Assembly: GCA_030390025.1 (NCBI GenBank) | Contig: CM059432.1 | Span: 80,168,001 to 80,232,000 of the forward strand | Source of the DNA: Squalus acanthias | Taxonomy: Eukaryota | Direction of reading: 5' to 3' | Length of the DNA stretch: 64,000 bases | In this document: in pieces, positions 11,974 to 23,119 of the stretch | Layout of the letters: each line of letters opens with the position of its first letter | How positions within the stretch are numbered: the stretch's first letter is position 1 | Position numbers and translations under genes: made by a program | The notes under the pieces: generated by a model | Databases searched by the model: none | What the model saw: only the letters and a program-made list of their open reading frames with translations | Told to the model about the DNA's origin: nothing

Positions 11974-13502
11974 TTTCAAATAAAACTGTTGGACTATAAC
12001 CTGGTGTTGTGCGACTTCTCACTTTTGTTCTCACATTGAACAACTTCTCCTTTGACTCCACTCACTTCCTCCAAATTAAAGGTGTTGCGATGGGAACCCA
12101 CATGGGTCCGAGCTATGCCTGCCTTTTCGTGGGATATGTGGAACATTCTTTGTTCCAGTCCTACTCAGGTCCCCTCCCTCACCTCTTTTTCTGGTACATT
12201 GATGACTGTATTGGTGCCGTTTCCTGCTCTCACCCGGAGCTAGAAAATTTCATTCACTTTGCTTCCAATTTCCACCCTTCCCTCACCTTCACATGGTCCA
12301 TCTCCGACTCTTCCCTTCCGTTCCTTGATTTCTCTGTCTCCATTTCTGGGGATAGGCTATTGACAAACATTCACTATAAGCCCACTGATTCCCACAGCTA
12401 CCTGGATGACATTTCCTCCCACCCCGCTTCCTGTAAGGACTCTATCCCATTCTCCCAGTTTCTCCATCTCTGTTGCATCTGCTCTGACGATGTCACTTTC
12501 CATACTACTGCTTCTGATATGTCTTCCTTTTCCCTCAACCGAGGATTCCCCTCTACCGTGGATGACATGGCCCTCGACCGTGTCTGTTCTATTTCCTGCA
12601 CTTCTGCTCTCACTCCTTCCCCCTCCCTCGTAGAACCATGATAGGGTTCCCCTTGTCCACACCTTTCACACCACCAGCCTCCACATTCAACGCATCATCC
12701 TCCACCATTTCCACCAGCTCCAGCGTGATCCCACCACCAAATGCATCTTCCCCTCACCTCCCCTTTCAGCATTCCGAAGGGACCGCTCCTTCTGCGGCAC
12801 CCTGGTCCACTCCTCAATCACCCCTGGCACCTTCCCGTGCAAGCGCAGGAGATGCAACACCTGCCCCTTTACCTCTTCCCTTCTCAATGTCCAGGGCCCC
12901 AAACACTCCTTCCAGGTGAAACAGCAATTCACTTTCACTTTTTGCAATCTAGTATACTGTATTCGCTGCTCACGATGCGGTCTCCTCTACATTGGGGAGA
13001 CCAAACGCAGATTGGGTGACCACTTTGCGGAACACCTCCGTTCAGTCCATAAGCGTGACCTTTGAGCTTCCGGTCGCCTGTCACTAATTCTCCACTCCAA
13101 TCCCACTGTGACCTCTTCGTCCTCGGCCTTTTACACTGTTCCAACGAAGCTCAATGTAAGCTCGAGGAACAGCACCTCATCCTTCGGTTAGGCACTTGAC
13201 AGCCTTCTGGACTCAACATTGAGTTCAACTATTTCAGACCATAACCTCTGCCCCTATTTTTTTTCCCACATGGCAGCTGTTGATGATTCTGCCATTCCCA
13301 TTTACACCTCTCTAGACTCATCTTTTGTTTCTTAACTTGTCCCATTACCATCTCCTATTGCCTTGCACCATCATCCCATTTATCTTTTAATCACCCCTGC
13401 CTTCCACCCTATCACAGACCTTCCCTTTTGTTCTATCCTCCCCTCCCCCCTTTCCCTGCCTCTGCACTTGCTTAAAAATCTGTTACATCTCTAACTTTTT
13501 CC

Positions 13503-13539
13503 AGTTCTGATGAAGGGTCATCGACCTGAAACGTTAATT
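13503..13539 (+). ncRNA. Minimal hammerhead ribozyme motif in a PLE 3' end
   Basis: agtt-CTGATGA-a-gggtc-atc-gacct-GAAA-cg-TT-aatt. Confidence 0.65.
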
Positions 13540-13717
13540 CTGTTTCTCTCTCCATGGATGCTGCCTGACCGGCTGAGTATTTCCAGCGTCCGCAGTATTT
13601 TTGCTTCTGTAAGTTAGCCATGGGAGTGAGTAGGGGTAGTAATGGGAGTGAGGGTGTGTTAGGGGAGGAGGTAGAGGGAAAGCAAAGTGTATGTGATGAG
13701 AGTAAGGAGTGGGAGAA

Positions 13718-14558
13718 GCAGTCCATGCCCGCATGCAACAAGACCTGACGACGTTCAGGCTTGGGCTGATAAGTGGCAGGTAACATTCGCGCAACAGAAG
13801 TGCCAGGCAATGACTATCTCCAACAAGCGAGAGTCTAGCCACATCCCCTTGACATTCAATGGCATTACCATCTCTGAATCCCCCACCATCAACATCCTAG
13901 GGGGTCACCATTGACCAGAAACTTAACTGGACCAGCCACATAAATAACTGTGGCAACAAGAGCAGGTCAGAGGCTAGGTATTCTGCGGCGAGTGTCTCAC
14001 CTCCTGACTCCCCAAAGCCTTTCCACCATCTACAAGGCACAAGTAAGGAGTGTGATGGAATACACTCCACTTGCCTGGATGAGTGCAGCTCCAACAACAC
14101 TCAAGAAGCTCGACATCATCCAGGACAAAGCAGCCTGTATGATTGGCACCCCATCCACCACCTTAAACATTCACTCCCTCCATCACCAGCGTACCGTGGC
14201 TGCAGTGTGTACTATCTACAAGATGCACTGCAGCAACTCGCCAAGGCTTCTTTGACAGCACCTCCCAAACCCGCGACCTCTTCCACCGAGAAGGACAAGG
14301 GCAGCAGGCACATGGGAACACCACCACCTCCAAGTTCCCCACCATCCTGACTTAGAAGTATATCACCGATCCTTCATCGTCACTGGGTCAAAATCCTGGA
14401 ACTCCCTACCTAACAACACTGTGGGAGTACCTTCACCACACGGACTGCAGCAGTTCAAGGCAGCGGCTCACCACCACCTTCTCAAGGGCAACGAGGGAGG
14501 ACAATAAATGCTGGCCTTGCCAGCGACGCCAAGATCCCATAAGCGAATTAAAAAAAAG
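13718..14558 (+). mobile_element. 3' fragment of a CR1/L2-group LINE (tail ...gccagcgacgcc.acatcccat...)
   Basis: ATRAGQRLGILRRVSHLLTPQSLSTIYKAQVRSVMEY; same family as the copies at 31105, 36920 and 58215. Confidence 0.85.
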
Positions 14559-15019
14559 CATGAATGATGAGGAGGGGATGGGAAGCGAGCCACTCATGGC
14601 ACGAACTTGAAAATTCAGCCTGCAACGGTCAACGGTTCATTTCTCTGTCACATCAGAGTTGGAGCACTGTGTACAGTCTTGGGCAGTTCATTATAGGAAA
14701 GGATCATGGCACAATGGTAAAGGTACAACATAGATTCACTCGGGTGATACCAGGGTCTCGATTTTAATTTCCGAGGCGGGTTGGAGTCAGGTTGCGTGGT
14801 GGGCAGGTTCCGGAGCCGCTTCCGGCGGGATCAGCTGCTGATGTCCGATTTTAATGAAATCAGCTTGTTCATTGGGGCGCGCTGGCCGGTCCAATGAGTG
14901 CAATCGGGTTGGCTGGCCGCCTCTGATGATGTCATAGTAGCAGCTGGTTTTAAAGCTCCCATTCAACCGGAGCCTTTCTCTTCTGCATTCTGATACTCAG
15001 TGTTATTGCTCCAACCACA

Positions 15020-17410
15020 ATGACTTCTTCCAAAGGCAAGGCAGCTCCTCGGTTTAATGATGAGTCCCTCAATGTCCTTGTCAAAGGGTGCGAGGAGATT
15101 TTCTTCACTCCTGTTGGCCGGTGGAAGCCTTCTCAGCAGACCAAGGCAGCCTGGCTGCGCATTGCTGAGAAGGTCAGCACAAGGTCCGTTTGTTCACGTT
15201 CCTGGATCCAGTACAGGAAACGCTTTAATGATCTTGTGCGAACATCAAAAGTGAGTATCCCATCACACTTACCTTCAATCTGCTTCCCTTCTCTTCTCAT
15301 CACCAGCACTCTGCGTTGTAAGCCTGCTCCTCCACATACCACCTTACCCTTACTTCCCTTGCACCCTTACCTATCCATCCCTTTCTCTGTACTGAATCAC
15401 TTCAGCATCCTGCCTATGCACCCCTTAGACTCACTCTCACTGTTATGCAGTGACTGCAAATAACAACGCACAGGAAGCAACCTTCCTCTTGGCACCTTAC
15501 CCCATCTTCGTCTCCCTCAAAGCTTCTATGGTAGGGATTATTCTCACTCACTCCATCACTGTGGTTGAAACTCCGCTTGTGTCCCTCCTTGCAGGAAAAG
15601 ATAGCCCACAATAAGAGGGAGAGCGCACTGACTGGAGGAGGTACACCTACCCTAGCAACATTGACAAGTGCCGAGGAGGCTGCACATAAAATTGTTAGAG
15701 GTGGCAAGAATCTGGAAGTGGGCGTTGGAGACATGGGCACACATAAGAACACAAGACGTAGGAGCAGGAGTAGGTCATTTGGCCCCTCGAGCCTGCTCCG
15801 CCATTCAATAAGATCATGGCTGATCTGATCTTGGCCTCAACTCCACTTCCCTGCCTGCTCCCCATAACCCTCGACTCCCATATCATTCAAAAATCTGTCT
15901 ATCTCCACCTTAAATATATTCAATGATCCAGCCTCCACAGCTCTCTGGGGAAGAGAATTCCAAAGATTCACGACCCTCAGAGAAGAAATTCCTGCTCATT
16001 TCCGATTTAAAAGGGTTTCCCCTTATTCTGAAATTATGCCCCCTAGTTCTAGATTCCCCTATGAGGGGAAACATCCTCTCTGCATCTACCCTGTCAAGCC
16101 CCTTCAGAATCTTATGTGTTTCAATAAGATCCCCTCTCATGCTTCTAAACTCCAATGAGTATAGGCCCAACCTGCTCAACCTTTCTTCATAAGACAACCC
16201 CTTCATCTCCGGAATCAACACAAGAGGAAGCTGTGACATAATAGAGTTTCATCCCTCTCATTGACATTTAGTGATCGACTGCAATGGCATATGATGTTCA
16301 TAGAGAATTGCTTTGTATCATCTGCTCAAAAGGATGTGTCTGCTGCATCAATGTCAGATGTCTAAATCATGCCTTTACTCTCCCACAGGACCATCAAGCG
16401 CCCCCCTCCCCATGATCCAGGACGAAGAGCCAGACTACTCCTCAGAGGAACCTGAAGCCTGAGGGAGCAGCGTCACCAGGACTCAGCGCACCCAGCACCA
16501 GCGCAGCAACGCACACCTCGGTGGGGCCCTCGCGAGTTAGAGTAGTGTTGCCACCTGGTCTATCACAGTGCACAAGTGAGCATCAGCAGATGGTGGAGAC
16601 AGCGACAGCAGTGGAGTTCGCAGCAATCTCCTAGCTCTGCTGAGCTGCATGCAGACGCTGTGCCTCTGGGGTCATCCACAAAAAGAGCGTCTCGGGAAAT
16701 ACAGGAACAAGTGCAGGTGTCTCTGGAAGGGTTTGCCTCCAGGGTTAGTGCGAGTGTGGAGAGAATGGAGGAGTCCATCTGTAACATCAGCACTGCCATG
16801 GTGGAGGCAATGGCGCATGAACGCAGCCACCATGGATAGGGTGGCTACCTCCGTGGAAAGGCTGGCTACCTCCCTGGAGGAACTAAGTCGCCAGAGTCAG
16901 GAAAACATGGTGACTATTCAAAATAGAATGTCATCTCTGGAGGAGCAATGGGCAGCTATTGAGCAGAGAGACCAGAGTTTCATGGACATCCTTGTTATGA
17001 GGACTGCCAGTGCAGATACGGGTCCTCATGGTCTCCCTGATGTGCAGCAAGGTGCTCTCCAGCCACTTGCCAGCACTGAGGTGCGGCTGACCCATGAGAG
17101 GGATGTTGTTGGCAGGACATAAGGAAGTGTGGGCTCCTCTCCAAGCGCTCACACGACCATGCCACTGTGGAGCCCTCGGTCAGAGACCCACTTTGCGGAG
17201 ACAACTGAGATGGCCATTTCAGCCCCTGCACAGCCGCAGGAAGAGCAGACTCTTGAAGAGCCCTCCCAGGCTCCCAAATCCAGAGGATGCCCGCCAAAGG
17301 CGTCTAAGCAGGCGCAGCATCCTAGTCAGCAAGGTGCCTCTACATCTGCTGAAGCCACAGGGGAAGCACCATGTAGAAGTACGCGTAAGAGAAAGATTAA
17401 GCACCTATAG
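15020..17410 (+). pseudogene. Harbinger Myb/SANT-like DNA-binding protein gene (3 exons, disrupted)
   Basis: AAPRFNDESL..AAWLRIAEKVS..RSWIQYRKRFNDL..K|gtgagt, then ttgcag|EKIAHNKRESALTGGG, then ccacag|...RSTRKRKIKHL*. A CR1 is inserted in exon 2 and exon 3 has frameshifts. Confidence 0.75.
15741..16218 (-). mobile_element. CR1 3' fragment
   Basis: LIPEMKGLSYEERLSRLGLYSLEFRSMRGDLIE; tail cataagaac. Confidence 0.9.
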
Positions 17411-18902
17411 TCACAAGGGGACTCTCGTGGGTGTTTTGTCTTTTTTTTCTGACTGTTCTTGGTTTATGATCTTTTTGTCATGTGTAAAAGAAAAATTATG
17501 GCACACAGTTGATTGTGTGGCCTGTGTGTTCCGGGAAATGGTAAAAGTGCATTGAGGGCTCAGGGCAACTTGCTTTTGTAATGCTGATGGTGAAAGTGAT
17601 AGGAAATAACCGGGTATAGCAGAGATGATGTATGACGTTGGACAAATGTCGCCTACAATTACAGAGCCATATGGTAGCCACCTATGGTTGAAGAGTAAGC
17701 TTATGCGAATGTGGCATGGCAGTGTGCATACCCTGCTTGACGGGCAGCAGTGAACTGGAGGGATGCTGCATTGGTCAAAACAGGGCATGCAAGGCGCCCC
17801 TCATCCTCCTCCTACTCCTCTTCCCAGGAAGATCTGCGCTGAGCCACGCGGCTGCTGCTCCTCTGATTATGAGGACCAGGATGAGAGGACATAAATTTTT
17901 CCCATCCCCTTGCTATAGATTTCATTTGAGGCAACAAGCTTGCAAGCGCACAGTAGAAGTGGCCTGAAATATTTCCATTCATGATACACTGCAGATGGGT
18001 GTCAGCTTGAACAGTCACAAGGTCAGTAGATGTGCAAAATCTTATCCCATACCTACAACCGCAAAGTTGTTGCATTTGAATGACAGCCATGTTTCAGGGG
18101 TGCTTTTAAAGCGCTCCACCAATGAATACAAATCATGTCCTCCAGCAACTCGTCTCCTTGAACCTGGCCTGTTTCTGACAAGACAGGAAACAGGAGCCAG
18201 AAGCACAAAAATGGGTTACCACTATCAAAATAGGATTAGCAAGGCAGTTAACAGGCTCTTAACTACCTGTCCCACCGGTCTCAGTCAGTTTGGGAGCGGC
18301 TGAACACTCACGAAAATCGGGCGGGGGCGGGATGGAGGTGGGTTGGGTGTCTGAAGCCATTTTTTCCAATTTTCGCTACAGACCCGCCTCCAAACCCTCC
18401 TCCTCATGGCTATTAAAATCGAGGTCAAGGAATCAGAGAATATAGTTCAAATGGGAGAATTCAAAATCTTAGAAGCATAAAGTGAGAGAATTGGAAGAAT
18501 ATGTTTCAACGTAAAGAATACGGAATACATTACCACAAGTGCCCACCGAATCTGATTGTGACAATGTTTAAGAAGTCTGATAAAAACTGTAAGAAAATTA
18601 ATAAAGGATATGGAAAAAGAGCAGGGAAATGGAACGAGAGTAACTAGCTCGTTAGTGGAGCTAGCACAGGCACAGAGATGATGGGCCTAAATTACCTCAT
18701 TCTGTGCTTCAATTTCCATAATGCTAAGAAATCATTGTACTGTATTGTTAATTTGAAAGCATAATAATTGTAGCTGCAATAATAGTGCAATTTTGTAGCT
18801 CCATTCAATCATTAAATAAAACTAAATGTTCCAAATTAACTCTTCAAATACTGCAAATGAGAAAATGTAGATAATTTTAGTTGATTAAGTTTCAATACTT
18901 AC

Positions 18903-19007
18903 TTCTTTGACAAACCATTGACAAAACGCTGGACCAATCCATTCTCTAGCATGAATGCCACAATCTATCCATACTGCTCTCTTAAAAGGGCGTGATCTCT
19001 TGCCTAG
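18903..19007 (-). CDS. CPA6: CPA6 exon 6 equivalent (Zn-binding HxxE), 105 nt
   Basis: tttc[37 protein letters not shown]|GTaagt; GIHAREW zinc-ligand signature of the M14 family. Confidence 0.97.
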
Positions 19008-19094
19008 CTGAAATCAAAATTAAACATTAAATATTCAAAATATTTGACTGATGACTCGAGTATTGTAATAGCTTTGGTAACCTGAGTAAACTAC

Positions 19095-19196
19095 CTGAAG
19101 AACAAAGAGAGGGCGTCCTTCATAGGATTTTCCAATGGAGAAAAGATAAAGGAGATGAGAATGTGTTTGGTTCATCTGATGCATCCAGCTTTGTAT
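19095..19196 (-). CDS. CPA6: CPA6 exon 5 equivalent, 102 nt
   Basis: ttttcc[36 protein letters not shown]|GTag; IGxSYEGR motif; phase 0-0. Confidence 0.95.
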
Positions 19197-19891
19197 CTGG
19201 AAAAATCATTCAAAACGTATGTCACAGAATAAATTATTTGAGTCTATGCAACAGTTTCCAATAACTAAGGACATGGAATGAATCTATCTTTAAATGGACA
19301 CATGATCCTGCCTTGTAGTTCCTCGATCCTACATTCAAGAAGTACATTTCCATAAAGTGCACTGAATATGCAGAAAGCATTAATTAGCTTCTGATGTCCA
19401 AAAGGCAGTCTCAAATATGATGCAACTATCCTCAAATATTTGACAATTCGCAACCATATAGAGGCCTAATTGAATTTCAAACACTTATTTGTACAACTAA
19501 AGATGACATTATTCTATTCCTGCATGATACCAGCTGACAATTGTTGCCAGCCACTGCATAATACTGGCGGCTTACATCACAACTGAAAACACGTATTGCC
19601 GTATTTAAGATATCTTCAGAAGAGTCAGAGATTTGCATCAGAATTTCAAAACTGCATGCTTTGAATTTAACCCATCGCTACTTTTAGGCAGATGAGAATA
19701 GACGACAGCCTACATATCTTATTCAAACTTGCTTAATTTGAATTATTTGTTAATTTGAATTGAAATAGCGGTTTTATTATGATTGCTTGATTTGTTCTCA
19801 TGGATAATTTGAAATTTTTGAGAGCAAAAAATTACTCCAAATTAGCATAGGCTGTAGCATTATTGGGTAGGGTAGTGGAAATCTGGAACTC

Positions 19892-20020
19892 TTCCCGCCC
19901 CCCCCCCGCGCCCCCCGCCCCCCCCCCCGCCCCCCCCCCCCCCCCCCGCGCTGCGCCCCGCCCTGCGCCCCCCCCCCGGCGCGCCCCGCGCCCCCCCGCC
20001 CGCCCCCGCCCCACCCCTCC
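19892..20020. repeat. Poly-C/CG low-complexity tract
   Basis: Almost pure C/G run (G-rich on the CPA6 sense strand). Confidence 0.85.
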
Positions 20021-20065
20021 CCGTCTCTCCATCTTTATCGTGGATTATCTCCCCCATCTTGCATT

Positions 20066-22112
20066 ATGGAATTCCCAAAAGTTGGTCAAAGCAAAGGGAA
20101 GAGTGGTGTTAACTTTAAAACAGAAAATCGAGATATGCCAACGACTAGAAAGGGGAGAGAAGCGTATCAACATTATGAATGAATTCAAAATCGTTCGTCA
20201 ACAATCTACGACATCAAATCGCAGAAGGATAAGCTGCTCAAGTTTTATTCAAGCTCGGAGACATCCAAGAGTGTAGAGAAACGGCGTACGCTTCGTAAGC
20301 CTAAGCTTGACGAGCTGGATACCGTGCTTTATGAGTGGTTTTCTCTTGAGCGTTCAGAGGGTGTTCCACTTTCCGGACACATGCTAATCGAGAAAGCGAA
20401 GGATTTCTACGTAAAGATGGAGCTCACTGACAAGTGTGCTTTCTCCGAAGGATGGCTAACGTGCTTCAAGTTATGGCACAGGATACGACGACTCGATATT
20501 TCCGGACAGAAGAAATCAGCTGATCACGACGCCGCAGAAGAATACTGCGATTATTTCAATCGGATTGTGCAGCAACCTGATTTGTCGCCAGCACAGATAT
20601 ACAATGCCGATGAAACTGGCTTATTTTGGAGGTTTTTGCCAGAATCAACGCTTGCTGGGGCTAGTGAGGCTAATGCTTCAGGTTACAAGAAAAATAAAGA
20701 TCGTGTAACCGTGCTAACATGTGCGAACGCTGCTAGATCATACCGGGTTAAACTTCTTGTTATTGGGATATAAAAATCCCCGTGCATTTAAAAATGTGAG
20801 GCACTTACCTGTTGAGTACAAAGCTCAAAGAAATGCTTGGTTGGATAAGGAAATCTTTTTGTATTGGTTCCATCATATTTTTGTTCCATCTGTGAGGGAA
20901 CATTTCCGTAAAATAGGGAAACCTGAAGATAGCAAATGCATTTTATTGCTTGATAATTGTAGAGCCCATCCGCATGAATCCGAGTTGGTTTCGGGAAATA
21001 TTTTCACCATTTATTTACCACCAAATCTAACTTCTCTCGTACAACCCATGGACCAGGGCGTTATCCAAAATCTGAAGTGTCATTACAAGAAAGACTTCCT
21101 ACGTAAACTGATAAACCAGGATGACAATATTCACGCATTTCAGAAGGAATACAATCTTAAAGATGCCATCTTTAATGTTGCATGTTCCTGGAACTTGGTG
21201 AAAGGTCTCACTTTGAGGCAAGCCTGGCGCAAATTGTGGCCTTCTATAATGTTTGCTGAAGGTTCTTCTTCAGAGGAGGAATTTCATGGGTTCCATGTTC
21301 GTCCCAAGAAGAGTACAATAATGGAAATGGCTGGCATGGTGAAAAATGTAGGCCCAGCAAACCCTCTACATGACCTCAGTGAAAGTGATATTGAGCAGTG
21401 GGTTGATGCAGATAGAGAAGTTGGTGTTGTGCATGTGCTAAGTGATGATGAAATAATTGAGACTGCTTTGAATCCAAAGAAAGAAAAGGAAAGTGAGATG
21501 GAAAGTGAAGAGGATGAGATTTCTGAAGAGAAGATGATTTCTTGGGCTAAAGCTGCAGAAGGATTTGCTTTAATCCTCCAATTTGCTGAAAGGCAGCCTT
21601 GCTACTCTGCCCAAGAAGTTATGCAACTCCATATTTTGCATTCCACCTTTCTACAAAAAAGGCAAGAGTCCACTAAGCAAGCCGACATCCGCAACATGTT
21701 TAAGAAAGCTTCCAAAAGAGTTGAAGCAGCAGAAGTGCCTGAAGAATCTGTGGAAGTGCATGATCCTGATGACCCAGCTGGCATGGATATTCCTGATGAA
21801 CCAGCTGACTTGGAATAAGTGTACAGTCAACTACAGTATACAGTCTTTTATAAGTTTTGTTTTACTGTTAAGTAATTAAAGAGTTATGGATTACCCTCAA
21901 CTGGCAGTACTGTACTTAATCAAGCATCTTCCACCATCCATTTAACACAACATTCTGTCGGTGAGTACCTAATTATACTGCACATTTCTTGATTTTTTAA
22001 TTTTTTGTTTGTTAAAAATAGCCTCGGTAGATATATCTCCCCGTTATCCGGAATTTTTAATCAACCAGCACCATCCCGGTCCCGTCGGTGCGGGATACGA
22101 AAGAGTTTCCTG
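20066..22112 (+). mobile_element. pogo/Tigger DNA transposon with Jerky-like DD32D transposase (3 small frameshifts)
   Basis: HTH-psq (RVVLTLKQKIEICQRLERG), CENP-B HTH ([15 protein letters not shown]), DDD triad YNADETG / LLLDN / QPMDQG, stop at 21818. 3' end ...gatacgaaagagtttcctg|TA reads as a CAG-initiated TIR plus TA target. No 5' TIR found. Confidence 0.9.
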
Positions 22113-22189
22113 TATCTCAAATAAAATTTTACAAGATGTTGGATAACAGTTCTAAGTTTCTAAAATTCTAAGTTTCCAACCAAAATATC

Positions 22190-22459
22190 AGCTCATGTTA
22201 ATGAATTTGATTGAAGCATGACTATTGGCCAAGACACCAGGATAATTTAATGGTCTTGAAATGGTGCCATGGCTTCTTTAATGCCCACCTGAGGCACCAG
22301 AAAAGGCTGGTGCAATACTGGTTTAATATTTCATCTGAAAGTCGGCACCTCCAGCAATGCAGTACTCCTTTAGTACTGCACTGGAGTGACAACCTGGATT
22401 ATGAACTCAAACTGATGATCTTCTGATCTGGAGACGAGAGTGCTACCAACTGAGCCAAT
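22190..22459 (-). mobile_element. Old tRNA-derived DeuSINE-type SINE
   Basis: Minus strand tggctcagttggtagcactctcg..cagtgcagtact..ggaggtgccgactttcagatg..tcaggtggg..ccatggcacc: A-box head and Deu-domain-like body (recalled consensus). Confidence 0.65.
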
Positions 22460-23119
22460 CTGACACAAATGCCAACCAATTGATGAAAATTTGAAGATTT
22501 CATTTGCCTGCCATCTTTATTCATATTATATAAAAATATAGGTGACCATTGACCCTCCTTCTTTTCCTGGAGGCATTGGTGAGGTACAGTTCCACTGATC
22601 TTTGCCGCCTTCCAGTGCCTAACCCAAGTGCATATTCTTCATGTATGAACCAAGACAACAAGTATCAGTTGGGTATTCTACGCTGGGGAGAAATCAATGT
22701 CCTCACCTGCAAGTAGACTTGTACACTTCCAGTTGAAGATCACTGGCTCGAGATCAAGAGGGGGCTCTCTCGCTGGTTTTCTATTTATCCCAGAAATGCA
22801 GAGATCAATTGTAGTGTTCCTACAGCTGTCCTGACAGATCAGCTATTTCAGCAGATTGAAAATCTAACCTGGGACTTTACTAGAGTGCATGGCACAGCGC
22901 TCTAATCAATTGAGCCACTGTGGAAGGCTGAAGTAGCACATTTTAACTCAGCTATGATATGTTTCACATCAGACACCACCCTCCAAAGATATACGTATTC
23001 AATAAGAAGCTATGCTTTTTCTCACAACCTGAAACTTTTTCAAATGAATTTGATCTATTTCTTTCCTAATTGTCTAATTTTTCTTTGTGCATTTCTTAAA
23101 ATGATATCCAAGACTTATT

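Larger units (their letters stand above)
11360..12024 (-). mobile_element. Short Penelope-like insertion of a second family, with inverted pseudo-LTR
   Basis: About 190-bp inverted arms (~11389-11578 and ~11838-12028). Minus strand encodes a PLE C-terminus LNRDLGFMSRYMT* near 11800-11840. Target duplication ttgttctcacattg at 11346-11359 and 12025-12038. Confidence 0.8.
11247..13610 (+). mobile_element. Penelope-like retroelement (RT and GIY-YIG), decayed, interrupted at 11360-12024
   Basis: [19 protein letters not shown] and [16 protein letters not shown] motifs; paralogous to 52567-54410; hammerhead-bearing 3' end. Confidence 0.9.
14754..18426 (+). mobile_element. PIF/Harbinger element with a spliced Myb/SANT gene; no recognisable transposase
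   Basis: TIRs ggtctcgattttaat / attaaaatcgaggtc; 3-bp TSD CAG/AAG inside an old CR1 remnant (empty site ataccaggaatc). Myb exon 15020-15250, exon 2 from 15595, exon 3 16389-17410. Confidence 0.8.

Noticed and set aside
19715..19810. Possible left TIR of the Jerky-like element (ttattcaaacttgcttaatttgaa...)
   Set aside because: Does not match the right-end sequence at 22090-22112; at best a remnant of an unrelated older element.
19832..20065. Pro/Ala- and Gly-rich ORFs upstream of the Tigger transposase
   Set aside because: Artefact of the poly-C tract; transposase homology starts only near 20090.
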